From positions 992,001-1,056,000 of the forward strand of contig JAUFOR010000008.1 in assembly GCA_040285745.1 (NCBI GenBank): DNA of 64,000 bases, read 5' to 3'. Position 1 is the stretch's first letter; every line of letters begins with the position of its first letter. The translations under genes and the position numbers were made by a program. Below, piece after piece: positions 10,744-21,800 of the stretch. The notes under the pieces are model-generated. The model saw only the letters and a program-made list of their open reading frames with translations, had not been told where the DNA came from and did no database searches. The stretch is from Barthelona sp. PCE (taxonomy: Eukaryota).

Positions 10744-11866
10744 ATGGGCAATACTGTTTACAGACCAGCTGCACCGAGACCATCAAGCTTAGTGCTTGTT
10801 GCGTTGTACTTAAAAGAACTTATTGGAATTAAATTACTTTATGTGGTTTTGCGCATACTTTTGATTATAGGGCAAGTCATTACCATATTTGTTTGCATAC
10901 ACAAAACCACTATTCTTCATTATTGTGATATTATCCATGCTTTTTCCACTGCGATTTATATCAAGAAGGTATAGAAAGGCATTTTTTGATAATTTTAAGC
11001 TTATTTATTTTTTTGAAGCACTGGTTGAAGCACCCTTTGCTTTGTACGGTTATAGTATGTTTATAATTTATCCGATTGATATATGTGTTATACTTGCAGG
11101 TGGTAAATGGATTTTTGATGATAGATCTACATTTACAGATCCTTACAATCAATATGATTGGAATTTTGATCATTTCTTTATGATAATGCTTTTGGGTATT
11201 GCAATTATCCTTTTAATTATTAATATTCTTGTTGTATTATATATGTTTTTCTTGGGTAAATATCACGAATTATTAAAACAAATGAAAATACTGCGTAAAA
11301 AAATCGAAAATTTTTCAGAAGCAAATATAAAGGAGAAAAAAATAGCTAAAAGATTAATGTTGGCTCATTATATCGATTTCTTGCTTTTATTTTTACACAT
11401 TATAATTATAATAGCGATATTTAGCAATAATGTGAATGTTTTATTAGTGTTATATAGTATCACAACCATTTTTTATATTTACTATATATCTGTATGGGTA
11501 TATGTGTTACTTAAAGCACGTGAGCTCATTAAACCTGATCATATAGATGAAAAATATAATTATTATATCGTTTCAACTTATGTACAACAGGTTGTTTTTT
11601 CTGTAGTTCCTACTGGTTTTATAATGATGTTTTTATATTCATTGCTTCCAAGTAGTGATATAACCATGGATGATATAGTGAATTTGCTTAATATATTGTA
11701 TGGTTTCATAGCTTTTTTAGTACTCATTGTTGTATTATTCGTTTTAGGTTTGATAGTTTATGGAATTCGCCATTTATACAAAAATTGTCAAAGGAGCTAC
11801 AACACATTCGTGGATGGTCACCTTGCAGACTTGGAAAAAAAACCGAAAAGCAAGTTAATAGTGTAA
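10744..11866 (+). CDS. Hypothetical multi-pass membrane protein, either frameshifted (start 10744) or starting at ATG 10937
   Basis: Hydrophobic ORF 10889-11866 overlaps an upstream ORF 10744-10974 (MGNTV...) in another frame; very AT-rich. Confidence 0.55.
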
Positions 11867-12013
11867 ATAGAATTATTCTCGTATAGTGTAATTATGATGT
11901 TTTTTATTCTTACATGTGGGAGTTAATGGTGGGTTGATTCATCTTACATTTCCAAACAACTGAAGGCACAATTTTTGTTTGTTTTCTTTTTTTCGACTTC
12001 TTTTCGCTTAATT

Positions 12014-15000
12014 ATGAGTTCGATTCACGAGATCCGGTACTTTGAGTGTAAGGATCTCAACTTGAAGCTCTCGATACCCGAGAAGCAAACCAACGATAGC
12101 TTTGTTTTCAATCTTGATGAGATTTCGATTGTTGATCAAATCTCGGTGGGCAAGCACTTCATAGCAGCATCCGAGAATAACGAACTGATCGTTATTAGCA
12201 ATAAGGGACGAGTATTAAGGGTGGAGCTTTCAACCTCTATTAAACGTATTTGTCGTTTATTTGCCATTCCTTACCACTCCGAATTTGTGTCTCTCTCCCA
12301 AAACGCAAATGATGATGGTTTCGACATTATGTTGTGGTCAGTAACACCACACGGTCCAACTTGTTTATATTCTTTCAATTCATTACCGTTTAACGATGAA
12401 ATCCACGCAGTTGACGTCATGGACAAAATTATGTTGCTGCAGATGAAGGATGGAACGATTTATACAATGGATATGAGTAACCCACACGAATCAAAGTGTG
12501 TGAAGATGTTCAGGCACCAGACAATGGATGCCTACCGAACAAAGGAGGAGCTGGAGGACGAGGAGATGCCGCCTGTTGATGTTTTGTACGAAACTATCTT
12601 TCTGAAATCAAAAAACGTTTTTTTCTGTGTTACAAAGAAGCTTATTGTCCATGCTTTCCGCATTGGTGAGCAGCTCGAGTACCTAGGGTCGCAGCAACTC
12701 GATGTAGACCTCGAGAAGCAAGTGTTCAAACTTACTGCAAACTACTTCATTGGCATCGACGGTAAGTTAGTGAAAGCAATCAAGTGCTGTTCCATGTATG
12801 TCAGTGATGGTCACGTTGATGTTATATTCTATGAGCCAGAGTACAGATTGCGTCAGGGATCTCTGCTTGCCATGCTTAATATGATCAGAATACCTAATAT
12901 CAATGTTAACGCGTTAGAAATATTGGAGTTTTACGCATTCCATCAGTATGTTATTTTCCTTGTCCGCGACAAAAAGGTTGGCCATGTCTTTATTCGTATC
13001 TATGATCCCCGAGATCAACTTATGGTCTTTGATCAACGCGTGTTACAGCCTCGTTGTCTATGCATTAATCATCAATGCATATTCTTGGCATTTCCTATGG
13101 CACATAACTCTCTTGCGTTCAAATACTGCGACGAACTTTCGCTAAAGCAAAGAATGTTTAATGTTCAGAACGGTGGACAACAGGCTCTGAGTGATCGTGT
13201 CATCAAGAGTTACACAAGATATACTGAGCTGTTCAAGCATGTTGGTGCAAAGAAGCACCGCTCAGGCGCAGTGCAGAGGTTGTACAAGAACCATCGCAGT
13301 GAGAAGGAGCAGTTACAGAAGACTGAGGCTGATGCTTATGTCATATATGGAGACTATCTCTTTGAGAAGAAGAGTTACAGGGATGCGCTTGACGAGTATA
13401 AGAAGGCGCTGCACCAGGTCAGCGCTTCAAATATAATTCAGCGATATTTGCAGATCCAGGAGTTTGGTTTGCTCAGTGAATTGCTCTTCTTCTTACACGA
13501 GGAGAAACTTGCATCCGAGAAACATACATCACTTCTGATCAACACATATCTGAAGTTGAACAGTATAGATATGCTTAGAGCGTTCCTGTTGGAGACAGGT
13601 ACTCCATTCAACGAATTTACAGCCATTGATGCGTTGAGAAAGGCCGGACAACACGCTAAAGGCCAGCAACAGGGTCAGGAAACTGATAAAGTACTGTTGT
13701 TAGCAAAAGAGCTGGCAGCAAGAAGTGAAAAGACCAAAGAGATATATTTGGAGATCTTAATTGAGGAGCTTGAGGACTATGACGGTGCCATCAAGTGCTT
13801 ACTGGATGCAAGTATCGATGACAATGAACTGGTTCGATACCTCAAGAAGTTTGGTAAATCACTCGTAATGCACTGCACAGATAATGTTGTAGAGCTTTTC
13901 CATCACTTAATTGTCACATATCTCCCCCAGGAAACAAAGCAGGTCGAGACAGACGCGATGCTCGACAACACAATGGAGATGTACGACTTCAACACCGAGT
14001 CATTCCTTGAGACACAGACGATTTCTGTCATGCAGGAGGGCGGCGAGGAGCTTGTTGAGCTCGAGGAACTCGATGTTCGCATGGAAAAGAGTGATCAAGA
14101 GAGATTTTTTTACTTGGAAGATTTTCTTCACATTTTTGACGATGAGCCCAATGCTCTTCAGTTAGTTTTAGATTTCTGCGTCAAAGAGAACAGGGGCTCA
14201 CCTGCAATCCACAGTGCAACCATTGATCACTTTTTAATGAGATACACTGAGCAACGCGCACTTGTTTTGAAAGAAACAGATGCAAAGTTATTAGTGCAAC
14301 GTAAAACTCGCATTCAGCAGCTTGAACAGCGTATGCTCAAGTATCTTAAGGAGCACCGCGCTGGTATTGACATGAACCGTGTGCTCATCAGTTTCTACAA
14401 ACACGATTTCCACGCTGGTATCTCAAAAGCGTTGGATTCCTTGAAATACACTGCGTTACAATTTTCTTTTGTTGCAAATGGCACAGCTGACGGCGATCAG
14501 TTCCCCAGTTTCAGTCGAAGCGACAACGAGGTTCTCTTTGCATTGCTTGAGCTGCTTAAAACTGAGTGGTATGGCAAAAATAACAAGACTCATTTAGCAG
14601 ACAACTTTTTACATGAACTTGAAATGGAACATCCTCTTCTGAGCCCTATTCTCGTGCTGGAGACACTTGCACGTATCGAGGGTCTGGAATTGAGCCATGT
14701 CAAGGAGTGGCTACTAGATATTGTTTCTAGTGAGACGACCAAGATCGAAGAATTAACTGAACAGATTAGCTTCCTGGAAAATGAATGTGAGGACTTGGAG
14801 GGTAAGATAGAGCGTATGAATACACAGAATATTCAGTTCCAAAGTAGCAAATGTTCGGATTGTAGGCTCAAAATCGATGTCCCCTCAATTCACTTCTACT
14901 GTGGTCATTCATTCCATTACCGTGCTGAATGTCTGAAGGGAAACTTCGACCAGTGCCCGATCTGCATGTACGAGGAGAACAACGACGACCTTGAGGAGTT

Positions 15001-15106
15001 CCATGATATTATGAAATTTGAAAATAAGCTTAAACAGACAAATAACGGGTTCTATCAGCTATGTGATATGATTGGCAATGGTCTCATGCGCAACGACAAG
15101 TTGTAG
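12014..15106 (+). CDS. VPS11: Vacuolar protein sorting 11 (HOPS/CORVET core subunit)
   Basis: YGDYLFEKKSYRDALDEY...LHEEKLASEKHTSLLINTYLKL clathrin-repeat region and C-terminal RING CSDC...HFYCGHSFH..ECL...CPIC. First ATG at 12014. Confidence 0.9.
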   Translation: MSSIHEIRYFECKDLNLKLSIPEKQTNDSFVFNLDEISIVDQISVGKHFIAASENNELIVISNKGRVLRVELSTSIKRICRLFAIPYHSEFVSLSQNANDDGFDIMLWSVTPHGPTCLYSFNSLPFNDEIHAVDVMDKIMLLQMKDGTIYTMDMSNPHESKCVKMFRHQTMDAYRTKEELEDEEMPPVDVLYETIFLKSKNVFFCVTKKLIVHAFRIGEQLEYLGSQQLDVDLEKQVFKLTANYFIGIDGKLVKAIKCCSMYVSDGHVDVIFYEPEYRLRQGSLLAMLNMIRIPNINVNALEILEFYAFHQYVIFLVRDKKVGHVFIRIYDPRDQLMVFDQRVLQPRCLCINHQCIFLAFPMAHNSLAFKYCDELSLKQRMFNVQNGGQQALSDRVIKSYTRYTELFKHVGAKKHRSGAVQRLYKNHRSEKEQLQKTEADAYVIYGDYLFEKKSYRDALDEYKKALHQVSASNIIQRYLQIQEFGLLSELLFFLHEEKLASEKHTSLLINTYLKLNSIDMLRAFLLETGTPFNEFTAIDALRKAGQHAKGQQQGQETDKVLLLAKELAARSEKTKEIYLEILIEELEDYDGAIKCLLDASIDDNELVRYLKKFGKSLVMHCTDNVVELFHHLIVTYLPQETKQVETDAMLDNTMEMYDFNTESFLETQTISVMQEGGEELVELEELDVRMEKSDQERFFYLEDFLHIFDDEPNALQLVLDFCVKENRGSPAIHSATIDHFLMRYTEQRALVLKETDAKLLVQRKTRIQQLEQRMLKYLKEHRAGIDMNRVLISFYKHDFHAGISKALDSLKYTALQFSFVANGTADGDQFPSFSRSDNEVLFALLELLKTEWYGKNNKTHLADNFLHELEMEHPLLSPILVLETLARIEGLELSHVKEWLLDIVSSETTKIEELTEQISFLENECEDLEGKIERMNTQNIQFQSSKCSDCRLKIDVPSIHFYCGHSFHYRAECLKGNFDQCPICMYEENNDDLEEFHDIMKFENKLKQTNNGFYQLCDMIGNGLMRNDKL

Positions 15107-15204
15107 TTGGTCAATTGATAGTTTGTGTAATAAATGCACGTGATTTTAACATTTTTTTGTAGTTCACCCTTTTCACATATTTGGGCTTACTTTATTATTA
15201 GTTT

Positions 15205-17094
15205 ATGCCACGACCTATTGCGAAAGTCTCTGAAAACTTCTATATTGAGAACTGTTTTGACTGTTTAATTGTTAGCGCAGTTGATGATTCGCTCAACACT
15301 CAGTCACTCTGTCTCATGGGAAAATGCAATGAAAGGGTCATACGTGGTCCTGATCAGGATCGTTATTTCAGTGAAAATGGGGGTTTGGTTATGAAATCTT
15401 CATTGTTGGAACCTTCTTTACTGGAACCGAACATTTTTTATCGTACACTAGGATTAAGTGAAGGCAAAACCATGATTGAAATATTTGAATTTGTTAAGGG
15501 AGACTTTGTTTTCAAGAAACATTTTGAGATTCCTTTTTTAGCTGAGGTTAAGTTGTTGAACCGGCAACTTATGGTAGTTAAATCAAATACAGACAAGAGT
15601 GTTGATGTCGATGATAAAGAATGCAACTTCATTTTGGAAGTCATAAGTCTGGAGGAAGCTTTCACAAACATATTTTGTAGTTTAGTTAAAGAAACAGTGT
15701 ATTTTTCTGTTCAAAACAACAAAGTACATGTGGTATATGAATTATGTAATGGTTTCAAGGATGTTATAATTGACATTGAAGGAGCTACAGTGTCATTTGA
15801 AGTGAACAATCTTCCATTGAGGATACACGCATTCGATATGACACCAGGTGACCACCGCTTCATAGTTAAGCATGACAATTGCTTTTGTTCTTGTTCATTT
15901 GAAAGTGGACAAATCTTGTTCAGTCCCTTGAATTACCAAGTACCAAAATTCAGAAAAGTTACAAAAATAGCACGTGTACAAGATACAGTTATACTTGCAC
16001 CGGATTCACGGGTTTCTTCAGTTGAGTTAAAATGTTTGTTGTGGAATTTCGTTTTGCTCAATGGTGAAATTTTTTGTTCTGAGTATAATGCTGAAAACGG
16101 GCGTACTGAGTTTTTCCCGGTATTAAAGCGCCAATTTGACTGTTTTTTCACAACAAAATGTTCTTTTGGATTTGCTAATGTTAGTAATCTTGTTACGCTA
16201 AAGAATTTTCCGATTTTTTTTGATTTTTTCAATAATTCAATCAAAGTAATCAAACAATCAATTGATTTGAAGAGCAAGAGACATTTAAACACACAGGTTT
16301 TTTATAATAATGTTGTTGAAAAATGGCAGTATGGTTCTGTATGGCAAAATTTTGAAAAGTGCATTGTGTATATTGACGGTGTAGAACATTTTAGCTTCAA
16401 CAAACCCAACAAAGGCATGGATTGTTATGTTATATTTAATAATTATCATTTTGTGTCCATGTACCGATGGAGAAAATCGAAAAGCATGTATATAAACAAA
16501 GCGCATTTTAGAAGAGGTTGTTTGGACAGTGTACAAGTAGTTGGAAATCGTGTGTGGTTTTGCAGTGGTATGAAAAGAAATATTAATGTTGTATTATTGT
16601 CGGAAGTTGGAGGAGATGTCATCAGTCATACATCATATTGTTTTGGAAATAACTTGAAAGCGTTGGAGGTGATAACTAATCCTCAATGCCAAGATGAGGT
16701 TTTTGTACGATTGATGAATGGGAATTCAAATGTTGAAGTTGATATTGCTGTGATTAAATACAGTATTGCTGAAAATTCCCTTTGTGTAATCGAAATTGAA
16801 CTCCCTTTGAGAAAGGGCGCCACTGCTTGTTTCGTTGATGAGAGTGTTTTTGTTTATTCTGATTTATTATGCTTCTGCTCCTGTACAACAAATATTCCAT
16901 TGGATATACCTCAAAAATACAGTCATTGTTATTGTCCTATAACCGGAGTTGCTCTTTTTTACAGTGATGTGACCGATTTGCTTTTGGAATTATGTATTAT
17001 AACATTTTATGATAATTATAGTCGTTTTAATGTTGAATTTAGATGTGTAGATATTGCTGAGTTTTTATCGCAGTGTAGTTGTTCAATTTCTTAA
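15205..17094 (+). CDS. Hypothetical beta-rich protein, 'MPR' orphan family member 1
   Basis: 629-aa ORF sharing the MPR start and several motifs with 46862-48643 and 50762-52696. Confidence 0.7.
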   Translation: MPRPIAKVSENFYIENCFDCLIVSAVDDSLNTQSLCLMGKCNERVIRGPDQDRYFSENGGLVMKSSLLEPSLLEPNIFYRTLGLSEGKTMIEIFEFVKGDFVFKKHFEIPFLAEVKLLNRQLMVVKSNTDKSVDVDDKECNFILEVISLEEAFTNIFCSLVKETVYFSVQNNKVHVVYELCNGFKDVIIDIEGATVSFEVNNLPLRIHAFDMTPGDHRFIVKHDNCFCSCSFESGQILFSPLNYQVPKFRKVTKIARVQDTVILAPDSRVSSVELKCLLWNFVLLNGEIFCSEYNAENGRTEFFPVLKRQFDCFFTTKCSFGFANVSNLVTLKNFPIFFDFFNNSIKVIKQSIDLKSKRHLNTQVFYNNVVEKWQYGSVWQNFEKCIVYIDGVEHFSFNKPNKGMDCYVIFNNYHFVSMYRWRKSKSMYINKAHFRRGCLDSVQVVGNRVWFCSGMKRNINVVLLSEVGGDVISHTSYCFGNNLKALEVITNPQCQDEVFVRLMNGNSNVEVDIAVIKYSIAENSLCVIEIELPLRKGATACFVDESVFVYSDLLCFCSCTTNIPLDIPQKYSHCYCPITGVALFYSDVTDLLLELCIITFYDNYSRFNVEFRCVDIAEFLSQCSCSIS

Positions 17095-17147
17095 CATTTA
17101 AATAAGTACTAGAGTGTTTTTATTAATAAACTATGTGAAATTTTTGA

Positions 17148-17750
17148 TTAAAGTCCGCAGCAACCGCCACTCCTTATCCTACCTTCGTTAAACTGCAGCA
17201 CCTGATCTTTTTCCTTCGGTGATTGCTTATCTTGTGCCTTATGAACACATTCTAGAATTGCTACTTCAATATTAATATCTTCTTTGGCACTTGTCTCAAA
17301 AAAAAGCGCATGTTGTGCCTTTGCTAGCTCGATTCCCATGTCCTCGGTGATGACTCTATTGGGGAGATCAACCTTATTACCAATAACACACGTGACAGGC
17401 ATCTCATCATGATCATACATGTTCTTAATTTGATCAAACCAGTATTCCATTTCATGAAAAGACTTCTCGTCTGTGATGTCGTATACGCAGCACACAATAG
17501 CAACAGATCGTAACAAGGATGTGACAACGGATCGGAATCGTTCTTGTCCGCCTGTATCTGTGAACATTAAGCGAACCTTCTGGTCATTCACCTCAACAAC
17601 CTTGGATGCGAGGTCCAGTCCGATGGTTGATATTTGTTTTGAGTCGAAAGATTCAGAAATATATCTTGAAAGGATGCTTGTTTTACCCACACCGCTGTCT
17701 CCGATGATCGCAACCCTGAAGCTGTATGCAAATTCCTCTGTGTTCTCCAT
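17148..17750 (-). CDS. Rab family small GTPase
   Basis: GDSGVGKT, STIGLD, DTGGQERFRS, GNKVD, ETSAK and C-terminal GGCCGL prenylation motif; ATG at 17750 (MENTEEF). Confidence 0.95.
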   Translation of the reverse strand: MENTEEFAYSFRVAIIGDSGVGKTSILSRYISESFDSKQISTIGLDLASKVVEVNDQKVRLMFTDTGGQERFRSVVTSLLRSVAIVCCVYDITDEKSFHEMEYWFDQIKNMYDHDEMPVTCVIGNKVDLPNRVITEDMGIELAKAQHALFFETSAKEDINIEVAILECVHKAQDKQSPKEKDQVLQFNEGRIRSGGCCGL

Positions 17751-17971
17751 GAAAAGGGATGTAAAGGGGATGGAATTCAAAAAACAAGGATTCATGTTTT
17801 TGAACCTCTTTGTATTGGATAAATGATTACAAAATATACATGAACAACAGTTGTCAACAAAGAAACAACAAAATTTGAAAAAGTTTACTAAAAGAGCTAT
17901 GCCACAAAGTAGCAATCTAAGACGTTTTATCTTATTAATAGAGTAATAAAACGACAACAAAACACAGTGCC

Positions 17972-18532
17972 TTAAACATACGCATTGACAGTATCTTCAT
18001 TAGAAGTATCCTTAATGGTTTCAGGTACATTCTTAAAAGATGTTGTCTCACCCTTGAAAATTGCAATGGCCTTTCGCTTTTCAGGAAGGCGCTTACGGTA
18101 GAGTATAATAGAGTAGGCGAGTAGACCAAGACAGAAAAGTTCAGTTAGAGCGAAACCGAGTTGGGTGTATTCAAGACCAAAACCAAGTGACATATCACCG
18201 GTTTTAATGAATGGGATGCCGATACCAGGGTTCTTGAATGGCAAAGAGATGATGTCTAGGATAAGGTGGCTGAATACAACAGACCAAACAGTGAGGAAAC
18301 CAAAACGAGTACGCGCTCCTCGAATGTTGCAAGCTGCCATGATTCCTGCGTATACTAAACCCCATAGAATGATCTCGACAACACCATGAGAGAGTGCGAA
18401 ATCCTTATATCCACCGAGGAAACCGATGAGAATATCAGGAAGAATGCAGCCCACAATATTTGTCCACAGTGGAATCAAAACCTGGGGAAAGCTTGTAACG
18501 TAGACCGCTAATGCAAAGTGTCCAGCAAACAT
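17972..18532 (-). CDS. Membrane-bound metal-dependent hydrolase-like protein (YdjM/DUF457-like)
   Basis: MFAGH...LPD...SHG...SHLILD motifs set within transmembrane helices; ATG at 18532. Confidence 0.65.
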   Translation of the reverse strand: MFAGHFALAVYVTSFPQVLIPLWTNIVGCILPDILIGFLGGYKDFALSHGVVEIILWGLVYAGIMAACNIRGARTRFGFLTVWSVVFSHLILDIISLPFKNPGIGIPFIKTGDMSLGFGLEYTQLGFALTELFCLGLLAYSIILYRKRLPEKRKAIAIFKGETTSFKNVPETIKDTSNEDTVNAYV

Positions 18533-18849
18533 TGAACTCAAGAAAGATATAATTCTAAAACCGATGAATTGTCAGAAATTCCTATCATCATCAATGGAAA
18601 AGGGTTGTTTTGTTAATTTAATCGAGCTCAACTGTCCGAGTTATTCAAATTCTGCATTCTCACTGATGTTTTTTGATTCTCTATTTTGGAGCCTATTTCA
18701 GTTGTTTAGTGTGTTTTTCTCACGTCACTTTGTGTTATAATAGTGTTTTAAGATGTAATGTAACTTCATTCTAACACAAAGTCAGCATAAATACTGTTTT
18801 ACCAAATTATTCCTCTTTCTCTCCATTGTGAATTGTTGGGGATGTCCAA

Positions 18850-21800
18850 ATGGACGTAAATTTTTTACGAAATAATGCATCTAAGGCAACTGAAAATCTA
18901 AATCAGTTATTTGAAAGAAGGGTTGAAGAATTAGGTTTAAAATCAGATGACAGTCTCATTTTTGATTCTTGGGTATTATTAGACCTTGTCACAAATTCCA
19001 TTATTTTCATGCAAAAAGATCAGAACTTTTTGACTACTGATCCTTTCCAGTCTTTTAAGCTTGAGTTTAATACCACTGATACACATTCAATGTACTTGAA
19101 CGTCAGATTGCCGCCCGGTAAGCATCTGTTTGATTTCCAAATTGTTTTTGATAATCTTATTGAGAGAAATGAAAATCCAGGTTTGAGTTTTCTTCCTCCC
19201 AGTCTACCTGAGTCAACGACACCTTGGATCAGACATTATTTCCCAAACTTGATGAAAGGTGAATGGGAAAAGATCCTTATGCCTGATGAGAATAATCTGT
19301 TCTACTTTAAAGATTTTTACATGGTCGATGATTTCGCGTTCATTGTCAAATATTTTTGGCTTTTGTTTGGTCATCAGGATAAAGTTCTGCGTCTAATAGA
19401 AAAGGTTTTGAAATACAACACATTCTTGTTTGATGGAGTTGTGGAGAAACTGTTTAATGCATTCAAACATTTGGATATTGAAAGTAATGGATATACATAC
19501 AATCATGTTGCTATTATGCGTAAATTACAAAATTATGATGACAGAAAAAGTGTTTCTTCTGTTCATTTTAGCAATGACACTAAACATAAACTTTTTATTG
19601 CCAAATGTATTTGCTCAATAAGTTCTTTGCAAGATGATAAATATTTTGATTGGTTAAATCATGAGATATTGAGAAATATTGAAGGTAATTCGTATAATAG
19701 AAATTTTTTACTTGAGCATTGTTTTCAATCTTTAATCCTAGATTACTACAATAATGATAAAATTCTTGATATTTTCACTGAATTTCTTGACAGTGACAAG
19801 CAAGGATATTGGAAATCTGTCCAGATGGATGGATATAAACCTTTCATTGACTTAACTGCCCATAAATCACATTGGAAATTTTTTTTTGACAGATTCAGTT
19901 CCAATGATCTTTTTAATTGTATGCACAAGCAATATATTTTACCTATTTTGAAGTATTTTTTTGGAAGTCAAGATGATCGAGATCCTCATTTTTACTTTGT
20001 ATCTGACAGGAGTTATGATGAAAGCAGAATTCAAACATGGACCGAAGGTAATGAGCACACTGTTTTATTAGGTTTCGATGGTAAGTACTTTGTAACAAAA
20101 ACATTTTCACTTGGAGAAATTGGTGAATATGAACTAATACCTGGTGTCAATGAAAATTTGTCGAAATGCTTAACGAATGTTGAGGAGGTGAGCAACATAA
20201 CGCAACGAGAGAAAGAAGAGGTAACATGGTTCTTTTTTCATTCGTTTGGTCAGTTCTCTCGAACAGTTGAAAACGGTGAGAGATTTCGACAATTTTTAGA
20301 AAAATTGTCTGAGCAGGGAGTGAATTTGAGTGAATATAGAGCGGCACTTAAGGAGGAGCTCAAATACTTTGCTTCAGCAACATTTATTTTTGCACTACGG
20401 TATTTTTTTGAACATGACTACACAGATGAGGGTACTTGGAAGATGGATAGTTTCGATGCTCGTACTGAACTGTATTGTTTTGTAGGATCTGAAGACCATG
20501 TGTTTCTTCTCAATGTTTTAAATCCTGACATTGTTAATGAACCTTTTAAGGGATGTTATCAAAAGTGTTTGGATTTTTTCAAACGGTATTTTCATGATTT
20601 GAAAATGCATTTCAATGTTCTTGTAAGTTTGAGCAGACGTGTTATACTGGGAATTGTTAACATTTTTGATAAAAAAAAAGACAGTGGGCAATTTATCAAG
20701 TCATTGAATAATTTTGGAAGATTAAGTTATGATGAATGGAAGTTCATATTGTCTATAACCCATAATTATATTGTTTTAAAATTAGCTATATCCATTTCAA
20801 AGTTTAACGTTGATCCTGATGGTTTGCTATCATATCAACAGCTATCTTTTCTTCGTACAATTTGGGTAAGCTTTTATGGTGGTCGATACGTAAAAGATTT
20901 AATTGAGTATTGTAATTCATTGATTTATCAATTGTTTTGTTCATCACATGGACGCAAAATTATCACTGATAAAGGCGTTGGTGCAGGCGAGAGCTCAATT
21001 AATGATTTGGTCATGATGTATTCTGTTGAAAATGAGGATACTGTAGATAAGTATAAGAATGAGAGAATTAAAATTTTAAAGAAATTAGATCTCATCAGTA
21101 TAGAAGAGTTTACAATGGGACAAAATAGTTTTTCTGTTAAATGTGATAAGATACCTATTATGATGCCAGAAAACGTGGCCAAAACGGTATACAGAGACTA
21201 TATACTAGCACAGTTGTACCATTATTCTCAGTCTAGCATTATAATCCAAGGTTTGTGTTGTTCTGAAAATAATGAGTTTGATTTTAGCATAGAGTTTGAT
21301 GTTAATACAGAAGCATTTAGAATTGTGTCGAGTGTTTATGATCTTTTATCGTTTATCAACATTAGGACAACCAAAGATACCAATGTGTTGCATGAATTTT
21401 TTGAGCTACATGCATATATAGAGAATATACTACTCTATGTTGAAAGTTTGAAGCATCATGATTGCTTTTTTTCAATTATTAACTGCAAGAATGATGATGA
21501 TAAATATCCTTTAACAAAGTTTGTTGAAGAAAATAATTATGACATACTTTGCAAACTAACAGTGTGTTTTACTCCAGATTTCTTTAAAACACTAGATAAA
21601 AAGGAGAGATTGACCTTTGCAATTGTTGCTAAAAAGGCTGGTGTATGGGATAATTTGTCTGACGAAGTGAAAAGTTGCAAATGTGATGACACCAATACGA
21701 GCTCTCATATAACATGTTTTGCTGATTGTGCGTACACTGCAGAACATTTGTCAAATTTAAAGTATATTCAAAACAATATTGAAACTAATGGAGATTTGAT

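Noticed and set aside
10709-10778. Possible pseudoknot or short repeats (GGTCTG/CAGACC, CTCGGT/ACCGAG, CTGCACCG twice)
   Set aside because: Only 6-8-nt matches, overlapping a probable start region; insufficient without conservation data.
17751-17960. N-terminal extension of the Rab ORF given in the track
   Set aside because: It starts at a non-ATG codon in AT-rich intergenic DNA; Rab homology begins at ATG 17750.
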